9,294 nt of DNA from a virus (Duplodnaviria; Heunggongvirae; Uroviricota; Caudoviricetes): IMG/VR virus record IMGVR_UViG_2695420698_000011, one strand, 5' to 3'. Shown here in pieces: positions 1 to 6,364 of this stretch (its first letter is position 1; each line of letters opens with the position of its first letter). The notes under the pieces were generated by a model that was not told the origin of the DNA, did no database searches, and saw only the letters and a list, made by a program, of their open reading frames with translations. Made by a program: the position numbers and the translations under genes.

Positions 1-5
1 TGGTA

Positions 6-230
6 GTGTCCGCTATTGCCAGTACACCTCATCCATCACCGAAAAAAATTGGCTTTTACACCATTGGCGATAAAAGCATTTACCTGTATGACCTACGCCG
101 CATGGATGAAATCATGGAGGCTCTTGATAATCGTTCGTCGATGGATTGGTGTGTTGCTGTTCATGATATGAATGCAGGGTTTGATGAAAAGATTTTGTTC
201 CCCTCATCAGTTGAAAGCACTGCGGGTTAA
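6..230 (+). CDS. hypothetical phage protein (74 codons from GTG at 6; frame is open to the window edge, so the true start may lie upstream)
   Basis: Open frame from window start to TAA 228-230; sits directly upstream of a coupled gene string; no family recognised. Confidence 0.35.
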   Translation: MSAIASTPHPSPKKIGFYTIGDKSIYLYDLRRMDEIMEALDNRSSMDWCVAVHDMNAGFDEKILFPSSVESTAG

Positions 231-240
231 GGAGTAACAC

Positions 241-408
241 ATGACCACTATTACCAAAGAACGTATTGAATTGTTCATTAAAAACCCGCTTGAAAACGGG
301 CTTACCCGTGGTGAACAAATGGAACTGGCACGGATTGCGCTGGCATCGCTGGAAGCAGAGCCGGTTGTGTTCTGGTTTGAAAAATATCAAGAAGGGGCTA
401 CGGCATGA
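241..408 (+). CDS. small hypothetical phage protein, 55 aa
   Basis: ATG 241 preceded by AAGGAGT at 227-233; stop TGA 406-408 overlaps ATG 405 of the next gene (ATGA coupling). Below the 60-aa ORF-track cutoff, read by hand. Shares an IAL-SL-AEP motif with the next ORF. Confidence 0.5.
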   Translation: MTTITKERIELFIKNPLENGLTRGEQMELARIALASLEAEPVVFWFEKYQEGATA

Positions 409-749
409 CGACTTTTACCAGAGAGCAGTTAATAGCTCACGCAGAGGAGACTATTGAAGCACAGAGACTGTGCATACCGGGCACAATCGACCATGACATC
501 ATCCGCACATATAAGATGGATATTGCTGTTCTGGAAATCGCACTGGTATCGCTGGCAGCAGAGCCAGCCGGTAAATTGCATGAATACAAACCAGTGGGAT
601 ATCAGCGTCTGGTCGATGAGTTAACCATGCTGGTAAAGCAGTTAACCTGGCAACTGAGGAAAGCGAAGCCAGACTGCAAATTACCGGATAAGGCGATGAG
701 TTATCTGGAGCGGAACGGACTGATAAGCGTGGAGGATATTTTACGATGA
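405..749 (+). CDS. hypothetical phage protein, 114 aa
   Basis: ORF track; ATG 405 with GAAGGGG upstream; stop overlaps next ATG at 746. N-terminus [15 protein letters not shown] resembles the N-terminus of the ORF at 3225. Confidence 0.55.
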   Translation: MTTFTREQLIAHAEETIEAQRLCIPGTIDHDIIRTYKMDIAVLEIALVSLAAEPAGKLHEYKPVGYQRLVDELTMLVKQLTWQLRKAKPDCKLPDKAMSYLERNGLISVEDILR

Positions 750-829
750 CCTGGCCTGAAGCATTAACAACGGTAGGAATTGCGATGGCGGTGGCGCTGG
801 TGGTGTATTCGATTTGCCGCTGGGGATAA
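746..829 (+). CDS. small hydrophobic peptide, 27 aa ([27 protein letters not shown]), possible membrane peptide
   Basis: ATG 746 overlaps stop of upstream gene (ATGA); GGAGGA at 729-734; one hydrophobic stretch. Hand-read, short, unverified. Confidence 0.3.
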   Translation: MTWPEALTTVGIAMAVALVVYSICRWG

Positions 830-1040
830 AAACGGTTTGCGGGAAAAGGAGAGTTAAGTAGAATTGCAGCGGGTGCTTGAGGCTATCTGTCTCAGGCATG
901 AACACCAAAAGGCAGATAGAGAAAAGCCCCAGTTAACATTACGCGTCCGGCAAGACGCTTAACATTAATCTGAGGCTCAATCTATGAACGGCAAATCTAG
1001 GTTAGCCTCTTACGTGCCGAAAGGCAAGGAGAAGCAGGCT

Positions 1041-1196
1041 ATGAAGCAGCAAAAGGCGATGTTAATCGCCCTGATCGTCATCTGTTTAACCGTCATAGTG
1101 ACGGCACTGGTAACGAGGAAAGACCTCTGCGAGGTACGAATTCGAACCGGCCAGACGGAGGTCGCTGTCTTCACAGCTTACGAACCTGAGGAGTAA
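1041..1196 (+). CDS. hokD: Hok/Gef-family membrane toxin, 51 aa (HokD/RelF-like)
   Basis: Translation MKQQKAMLIALIVICLTVIVTALVTRKDLCEVRIRTGQTEVAVFTAYEPEE: N-terminal TM helix plus conserved Hok C-terminal region; matches my recollection of E. coli HokD/RelF. AAGGAG at 1027-1032, 8 nt before ATG 1041. The track ORF 984..1196 is an in-frame upstream extension. Confidence 0.8.
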   Translation: MKQQKAMLIALIVICLTVIVTALVTRKDLCEVRIRTGQTEVAVFTAYEPEE

Positions 1197-1266
1197 GAGA
1201 CCAGGCGGGGGAGAAATCCCTCGCCACCTCTGATGGGTCAGGCATCCTCAATGCACCCACACTTAA

Positions 1267-1290
1267 CCCGCTTCGGCGGGTTTTTGTTTT
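1267..1290 (+). terminator. rho-independent terminator after hok (CCCGC-TTCG-GCGGG plus T-run)
   Basis: GC stem 1267-1271/1276-1280 followed by TTTTTGTTTTT; preceded by a longer imperfect hairpin at about 1204-1225 that could be the hok mRNA 3' fold-back. Confidence 0.7.
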
Positions 1291-1416
1291 TATTTTCAAC
1301 GCGTTTGAAGTTTTAGATGGTGCCGGAATAGAATCAAAAATACTTAAGTAGCGCGCAGGGAGAAGAGGGATGGACCCCGAACAGGGGAGTGCTATTTATC
1401 TGGAAGGATTCTGTTG

Positions 1417-1698
1417 ATGAAAATCGAAGAATTACGTGAAATTTTTAGTGAAGATGGCCTCTATACTGTGCGCGTTGAGAATGGCGCTATTGTCAGCCAC
1501 TGCCTTCCAGACTACACAATTCTGATAATTCAGCCGTCTTTGCCAGCAGGCACGGGCGGCGCTCTCACGCATTTAAATCTGATTGGTACCAGCATCCCCC
1601 ATGCACTGAAGAACAGGCCGAATGGCTCATTCAGTGTTACCGCAGGCGCGGATGCGAGGTTAAAAAAGCCCTTAGCCTCGACTACCGTCACTGGATAA
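1417..1698 (+). CDS. hypothetical protein, 93 aa (rem-like by position between hokD and ydfU as I recall for the Qin prophage)
   Basis: ORF track (TTG 1414 / ATG 1417); AAGGA at 1404-1408, 8 nt before ATG. C-terminal half is low-complexity, so the 3' end may be unreliable. Assignment is by synteny only. Confidence 0.45.
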   Translation: MKIEELREIFSEDGLYTVRVENGAIVSHCLPDYTILIIQPSLPAGTGGALTHLNLIGTSIPHALKNRPNGSFSVTAGADARLKKPLASTTVTG

Positions 1699-1773
1699 TC
1701 TCCGTCAGGCTCCCTTACTCCGAACGGCCAACGCGTCCGTCCCGCACATTCCAGCAACGGATCTGGAGGTAAT

Positions 1774-2832
1774 GTGCGGGTATTACTTCGACCTGTTCTG
1801 GTACCGGAACTCGGTCTGGTTATCGTTAAGCCAGGCCGTGAATCAATGTCAGCATTCCATAACGGCAGAATACTGGTGGAGCCGGAACCAAAAAGCATGC
1901 GTAATCTGCCGTCCGGGGTCGTTCCTGCCGCTCGCCAGCCGCTGGTGGAAGACAAAACATTGCTGCCGTTTTTCAGTAACGCACGGGTGATTCGTGCTGC
2001 TGGTGGTGCTGGTGCATTGTCTGACTGGCTGTTGCGCCATATTAAATCCTGCCAGTGGCCACACGGCGATTATCATCACAGCGAAACCGTCATTCACCGT
2101 TATGGTACCGGCGCAATGGTGTTGTGCTGGCACTGCGACAACCAGCTGCGTGACCAGACATCCGAATCACTCGAGCAACTTGCTCATCAAAACCTGTCAG
2201 CATGGATGATTGACGTCATCGGTCACGCAATAAGCGGTACGCAGGAGCGTGAATTATCTCTGGCTGAATTATCCTGGTGGGCGGTCCGCAATCAGGTGGC
2301 GGACGCGCTACCGGAAGCGGTATTACGTCGTTCGCTGGGGTTGCGTGCGGAAAAAATTCGCTCTGTGTACAGTGAAAGCGACATCATACCGGGAGAGCAG
2401 ACAGCCACCAGCATACTGAAGCAGCGCACAAAAAATATTGCGTTACTGCCTCACGTCCACCAGCAACAGAACCCACCACAGGAAAAGACGGTGGTCAGCA
2501 TTGCCGTTGATCCGGAGTCACCGGCTCAGTATCTCCAGCGCCAGAAATCACAACGGGAAGAGATGCCTGTATACACGCGCTGGGTAAAAACGCAGAAATG
2601 CATGACGTGTGGCAATCAGGCAGATGATCCGCATCACATCATTGGTCATGGACTGGGAGGGATGGGAACAAAGGCTGATGATTTGTTTGTTATTCCGTTA
2701 TGCCGTAAATGCCGTAACGAACTACATGCCGGAGTAAAAGATTTTGAAGAGAAACACGGCAGTCAGCTGTTGTTGCTGATTCGTTTTTTAATGCACGCGA
2801 GAAATTCGGGTGTTCTGAAGTGGAAAGCATAA
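1774..2832 (+). CDS. ydfU: DUF968-family phage protein (YdfU-like), 352 aa, with C-terminal CxxC...HH...CxxC HNH-like zinc motif
   Basis: Long ORF; GGAGG at 1765-1769 (short spacing to GTG 1774, so start is uncertain). C-terminus KCMTCGNQADDPHHIIGHG...LCRKCRNELH looks like an HNH/zinc-ribbon nuclease fold. Lies upstream of rusA and Q as in Qin-like prophages. Confidence 0.75.
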   Translation: MRVLLRPVLVPELGLVIVKPGRESMSAFHNGRILVEPEPKSMRNLPSGVVPAARQPLVEDKTLLPFFSNARVIRAAGGAGALSDWLLRHIKSCQWPHGDYHHSETVIHRYGTGAMVLCWHCDNQLRDQTSESLEQLAHQNLSAWMIDVIGHAISGTQERELSLAELSWWAVRNQVADALPEAVLRRSLGLRAEKIRSVYSESDIIPGEQTATSILKQRTKNIALLPHVHQQQNPPQEKTVVSIAVDPESPAQYLQRQKSQREEMPVYTRWVKTQKCMTCGNQADDPHHIIGHGLGGMGTKADDLFVIPLCRKCRNELHAGVKDFEEKHGSQLLLLIRFLMHARNSGVLKWKA

Positions 2833-2926
2833 ATGACCGAGCGCATAGAATTTGTTTTACCTTACCCGCCGACGGTGAACACTTACTGGCGTCGTCGTGG
2901 CAGCACATATTTTGTATCAAAAGCCG
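2833..2926 (+). pseudogene. 5' fragment of a second rusA allele (MTERIEFVLPYPPTVNTYWRRRGSTYFVSKA), cut off by a 7-N gap
   Basis: ATG 2833 directly follows the ydfU stop (TAA 2830-2832); the 31 codons parallel the start of the intact rusA at 3467 (LPYPPTVNTYWRRR...YFVSKAG) with nucleotide differences; sequence ends at N 2927-2933. Confidence 0.6.
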
Positions 2927-2933
2927 NNNNNNN
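2927..2933. other. 7-nt N run (assembly gap/join)
   Basis: Literal n characters; sequence on either side is not contiguous in reading frame or content. Confidence 0.95.
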
Positions 2934-3037
2934 ACAATTGCGATCTTTTCCTGTGTGGTACGCCGTCTGCGTTTCTCCGGCCCTAAGACATCAATCATCT
3001 GTACTCCAATGACTAGTCTAAAAACTAGTATTAAGAC

Positions 3038-3057
3038 TATCACTTATTTAAGTGATA
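3038..3057. promoter_or_regulatory. perfect 9-2-9 palindrome TATCACTTA-TT-TAAGTGATA, candidate protein-binding (operator-like) site
   Basis: Arms are exact reverse complements; half-site TATCAC resembles lambdoid operator half-sites; preceded by two ACTAGT palindromes at 3012-3017 and 3024-3029. No U-tract follows, so it is unlikely to be a terminator. Confidence 0.3.
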
Positions 3058-3224
3058 CTGGTTGTCTGGAGATTCAGGGGGCCAGTCTACGGACATTTTC
3101 TGCCTGTGGACCAGGAAAGTGCACGGGTGCTTTCCACTCCCATGAAGCCCGGCAATCCGCGCAGATACAGTAATAAACGAACTGACAGCAGTAAGATGGA
3201 GCGTTTCTTTTGAACAACCAGACA

Positions 3225-3467
3225 ATGACTTTTACCCCTGAACAATTGCGTAAACACGCGCAGGAAATGCTGCGTCATGCTGAACAACTCGAAAAAACGG
3301 GCATAACAAAAGACGCTATCCGTAAAGATATGGTACCCGCGCTTCGGGAACTGATGCAGGCGAAGCATCGCGCACAGAAAGCAGTAGATGAGCTGGTGGA
3401 CTGTGTGGCAGAGCTGGAAACCAGAGTCGGAAAGTTTGAAAAACTGGTGCAGGAGGTGCTGCGCTGA
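3225..3467 (+). CDS. hypothetical small coiled-coil-like protein, 80 aa from ATG 3225 (the track starts at TTG 3210)
   Basis: ORF track; stop TGA 3465-3467 overlaps rusA ATG 3467; N-terminus MTFTPEQLRKHAQE is paralogous to the ORF at 405. No clear SD. Confidence 0.5.
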   Translation: MTFTPEQLRKHAQEMLRHAEQLEKTGITKDAIRKDMVPALRELMQAKHRAQKAVDELVDCVAELETRVGKFEKLVQEVLR

Positions 3468-3841
3468 TGCGCCATGAGTTTATTTTACCTTATCCGCCGA
3501 CGGTGAATACTTACTGGCGACGTCGTGACAACACATATTTTGTATCAAAAGCCGGTGAGCGTTATCGCCGGGATGTGGCGCTTATTGTCCGTCAGCAGCG
3601 ACTGAAATTAAGCCTGTCCGGAAGACTGGCGATAAAGATTATTGCAGAGCCACCGGATAAGCGCCGTCGTGACCTGGACAATATCCTGAAAGCACCACTG
3701 GATGCACTGACACATGCGGGAGTGTTAATGGACGATGAGCAGTTTGATGAAATCAATATCGTTCGTGGTCAGCCAGTATCTGGTGGACGTCTGGGGGTGA
3801 AGATTTACCCCATAATGCATGAAGAGCAGGTCAAAAAATGA
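3467..3841 (+). CDS. rusA: RusA-family Holliday junction resolvase, 124 aa
   Basis: Translation has the RusA hallmarks as I recall them (LPYPPTVNTYWRRR..., RRDLDNILKAPLDALT, GVLMDDEQF) and typical size; stop overlaps the Q start at 3838 (ATGA). Confidence 0.85.
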   Translation: MRHEFILPYPPTVNTYWRRRDNTYFVSKAGERYRRDVALIVRQQRLKLSLSGRLAIKIIAEPPDKRRRDLDNILKAPLDALTHAGVLMDDEQFDEINIVRGQPVSGGRLGVKIYPIMHEEQVKK

Positions 3842-4398
3842 AACTGGAAGATTTACCGAAATACTACTCCCCAAAATCCCCTTGCCTGACCGATGCATCG
3901 GCCTCAACGTCAAAAGATGCGCTGAGTATCACTGATGTGATGGCCGCGCAGGGCATGACACAGAATCGGGCTGAGATGGGGTTTTCTGCGTTCCTGGGGA
4001 AAATGGGCATCAGTATGAATGACAGGGCGCGGGCAACAGAATTACTGGCAGATTATGCACTCAGTCGGTGCGATCGTGTGGCGGCGTTGAGAAAACTTCC
4101 GGCAGAAATAAAACCGGTAGTGATGCGCATTATGGCTTCGTACGCTTTTGAGGATTATGCCCGCAGCGCAGCGAGTAAAAAGCAGTGCCCTTGTTGCTAT
4201 GGGGAAAAATTTATTGAAAGCGTAGTTTTTACAAACAAGGTCCAGTATCCGGATGGTAAGCCGCCGGTATGGGCAAAGTGTACGAAAGGTGTGTATCCGT
4301 CTTACTGGGAAGAATGGAAAAAAGTCAGGGAGGTGGTAAAAGTTGCCTGTCCGGAGTGTGGCGGAAAGGGTGAGNTTCCTTGGGAAAATGGGCATTAG
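3838..4398 (+). pseudogene. Q antiterminator copy A: N-terminal 179 codons intact to 4374, then frame runs through an ambiguous base (4375) into a diverged repeat
   Basis: ATG 3838 coupled to rusA stop; translation identical to the 4672..5427 ORF over the shared region up to CPECGGKGE; base 4375 is n and the downstream sequence restarts an internal part of the same gene. Confidence 0.6.
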
Positions 4399-4623
4399 TA
4401 TGAATGACAGAGAGCGGGCAACAGAATTGCTGACAGAATATGCACTCAGTCGGTGTGATCGCGTGGCGGCGTTAAGAAAACTCCCGGCAGAAATAAAACC
4501 GGCAGTGATGCGTATTATGGCTTCGTATGCGTTTGAAGATTATGCCCGTAGCGCGGCGAGCAAAAAACAGTGCCCCTGCTGTCACGGAAAAAAATTTATT
4601 GAAAGCGAGGTTTTTACAAACAA
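4376..4623 (+). repeat. diverged internal Q-gene fragment (copy B), bounded by single n at 4375 and 4624
   Basis: Aligns to 3991-4238 of copy A with scattered substitutions (protein ARATELLADY to ERATELLTEY, CYGEK to CHGKK); looks like an allele from another prophage. Confidence 0.7.
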
Positions 4624-4671
4624 NCCGATGCATCGGCCTCAACGTCAAAAGATGCGCTGAGTATCACTGAT

Positions 4672-5427
4672 GTGATGGCCGCGCAGGGCATGACACAGAA
4701 TCGGGCTGAGATGGGGTTTTCTGCGTTCCTGGGGAAAATGGGCATCAGTATGAATGACAGGGCGCGGGCAACAGAATTACTGGCAGATTATGCACTCAGT
4801 CGGTGCGATCGTGTGGCGGCGTTGAGAAAACTTCCGGCAGAAATAAAACCGGTAGTGATGCGCATTATGGCTTCGTACGCTTTTGAGGATTATGCCCGCA
4901 GCGCAGCGAGTAAAAAGCAGTGCCCTTGTTGCTATGGGGAAAAATTTATTGAAAGCGTAGTTTTTACAAACAAGGTCCAGTATCCGGATGGTAAGCCGCC
5001 GGTATGGGCAAAGTGTACGAAAGGTGTGTATCCGTCTTACTGGGAAGAATGGAAAAAAGTCAGGGAGGTGGTAAAAGTTGCCTGTCCGGAGTGTGGCGGA
5101 AAGGGTGAGGTTTCCACCGCCTGTAAGGATTGCCGTGGGCGTGGTGTCGCCATTCATCGTGAAGAGTCGGTAAAACGTGGTATGCCTGTTATCAGAGACT
5201 GCCAGCGTTGTGGTGGTCGTGGCTATGAAAGACTACCATCAACGGAGGCATTTAATGCTATATGCGAGGTGACAAACCAGATAACACGCGCGTCATGGGA
5301 AAAAACAGTTAAGAAATTCTATGATGCGCTGGTGACTCGGTTTGATATTGAAGAAGCATGGGCTGAGCGGCAGTTAAAAAAGGTAACTAGGTTGATTTTT
5401 CCGGAATCTGTGGTAAATTCGTCATAA
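4672..5427 (+). CDS. Q-like late antiterminator, 251 aa ORF (copy C), with four CxxCxGxG-type zinc-finger repeats
   Basis: Intact ORF to TAA 5425-5427 immediately upstream of a lambda-like PR'/pause element; sequence from 4625 repeats copy A 3888-4374 exactly as far as I can read. The authentic protein probably starts at ATG 3838 (about 283 aa if the duplication is artifactual). Family call rests on position and size. Confidence 0.7.
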   Translation: MMAAQGMTQNRAEMGFSAFLGKMGISMNDRARATELLADYALSRCDRVAALRKLPAEIKPVVMRIMASYAFEDYARSAASKKQCPCCYGEKFIESVVFTNKVQYPDGKPPVWAKCTKGVYPSYWEEWKKVREVVKVACPECGGKGEVSTACKDCRGRGVAIHREESVKRGMPVIRDCQRCGGRGYERLPSTEAFNAICEVTNQITRASWEKTVKKFYDALVTRFDIEEAWAERQLKKVTRLIFPESVVNSS

Positions 5428-5431
5428 CGAT
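5392..5431 (+). promoter_or_regulatory. PR'-like late promoter with sigma70-dependent pause element (-35 TTGATT, extended -10 TGgTAAATT, then AACGATGGG at about +1..+9)
   Basis: TTGATT 5392-5397, 16-nt spacer, TAAATT 5414-5419 preceded by TG, then 6 nt and AACGAT 5426-5431. This matches my recollection of lambda PR' (GGGTAAATT-6nt-AACGATGGG). Confidence 0.65.
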
Positions 5432-5466
5432 GGGCGTTTTATGCCTGACGTTAGAAGAGTTTCTAC

Positions 5467-5490
5467 AACCCGCCGCCGAGCGGGTTTTTT
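5467..5490 (+). terminator. rho-independent terminator (tR'-like): AACCCGC-CGCCGA-GCGGGTT plus TTTTTT
   Basis: GC stem 5469-5473/5480-5484 with a 6-T run 5485-5490, about 40-65 nt downstream of the proposed PR' start. Confidence 0.75.
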
Positions 5491-5610
5491 ATGACTGAAA
5501 TCGCGTCAGTACAGTAAACGCGCTGGTGGCGGTGAATACCTGTCTTTCAGCTTGCTGGCTTTTTCGACAAGAGTTATTGGTGTGTCACGTTAACCGGAAA
5601 AGGAAAAGAC

Positions 5611-5808
5611 ATGCTAAAACAGCAGGATATGACAGAAACCGCCAGAGTGGTGTTTAATGAATTAAGCGTTACCGAACCGGCGACAGTCGGGGAGATAGCG
5701 CAGAATACTTACCTTTCACGCGAACGCTGCCAGTTAATACTGACCCAGCTGGTTATGGCGGGTCTGGCAGACTATCAGTTCGGTTGTTACAGACGCCTTC
5801 CGCAGTGA
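5611..5808 (+). CDS. small winged-helix-like DNA-binding protein, 65 aa
   Basis: ORF track; AAGGA 5600-5604, 6 nt before ATG 5611; segment ATVGEIAQNTYLSRERCQLILTQLVMAGLADY looks like an HTH recognition helix plus wing; stop lies inside a terminator hairpin. Confidence 0.55.
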   Translation: MLKQQDMTETARVVFNELSVTEPATVGEIAQNTYLSRERCQLILTQLVMAGLADYQFGCYRRLPQ

Positions 5809-5820
5809 AGGCTTTTTTAT
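5795..5820 (+). terminator. rho-independent terminator: GCCTTC-CGCAGT-GAAGGC plus TTTTTTATTT
   Basis: Perfect 6-bp GC-rich stem with the stop codon in the loop, followed by a T-run. Confidence 0.7.
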
Positions 5821-5866
5821 TTGTGGTAAATGGGCGGCTGGTGGGTGTTAGGGGCACCCACCAGCC

Positions 5867-6364
5867 NNNNNNNNNNNNNNNNNNNNNNNNNNNNNNNNNN
5901 NNNNNNNNNNNNNNNNNNNNNNNNNNNNNNNNNNNNNNNNNNNNNNNNNNNNNNNNNNNNNNNNNNNNNNNNNNNNNNNNNNNNNNNNNNNNNNNNNNNN
6001 NNNNNNNNNNNNNNNNNNNNNNNNNNNNNNNNNNNNNNNNNNNNNNNNNNNNNNNNNNNNNNNNNNNNNNNNNNNNNNNNNNNNNNNNNNNNNNNNNNNN
6101 NNNNNNNNNNNNNNNNNNNNNNNNNNNNNNNNNNNNNNNNNNNNNNNNNNNNNNNNNNNNNNNNNNNNNNNNNNNNNNNNNNNNNNNNNNNNNNNNNNNN
6201 NNNNNNNNNNNNNNNNNNNNNNNNNNNNNNNNNNNNNNNNNNNNNNNNNNNNNNNNNNNNNNNNNNNNNNNNNNNNNNNNNNNNNNNNNNNNNNNNNNNN
6301 NNNNNNNNNNNNNNNNNNNNNNNNNNNNNNNNNNNNNNNNNNNNNNNNNNNNNNNNNNNNNNNN
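5867..6364. other. 498-nt N run (masked or unsequenced)
   Basis: Literal n characters; hides the 5' part of the methyltransferase gene and anything between the terminator and that gene. Confidence 0.95.

Noticed and set aside
112-390. 92-aa minus-strand ORF
   Set aside because: Lies antisense across two coupled + strand genes; no start context; likely spurious.
984-1040. Upstream in-frame extension of hok as the true start
   Set aside because: ATG 1041 has the better SD (AAGGAG) and gives the canonical 51-aa Hok; the extension is kept as a finding, not a feature.
1530-1955. 141-aa minus-strand ORF overlapping the rem-like and ydfU genes
   Set aside because: Antisense to two better-supported + strand genes, Pro/Gly/Arg-rich low-complexity translation typical of a GC-rich antisense frame, no RBS.
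1772-2209. Track ORFs 1772..1990, 1849..2133 and 1994..2209
   Set aside because: Alternative-frame or antisense ORFs nested inside the 352-aa DUF968 gene.
2690-3368. Track ORFs 2690..3043 (-), 2820..3173 (+), 3040..3225 (-), 3087..3368 (-)
   Set aside because: They cross the 7-N join or lie antisense to the small ORF/rusA operon; the + ORF 3009..3173 spans the palindromes and lacks start signals.
4042-5157. Minus-strand ORFs 4042..4395 and 4777..5157 inside Q
   Set aside because: They are the same antisense frame of the duplicated Q segment; Q coding is well supported on the + strand.
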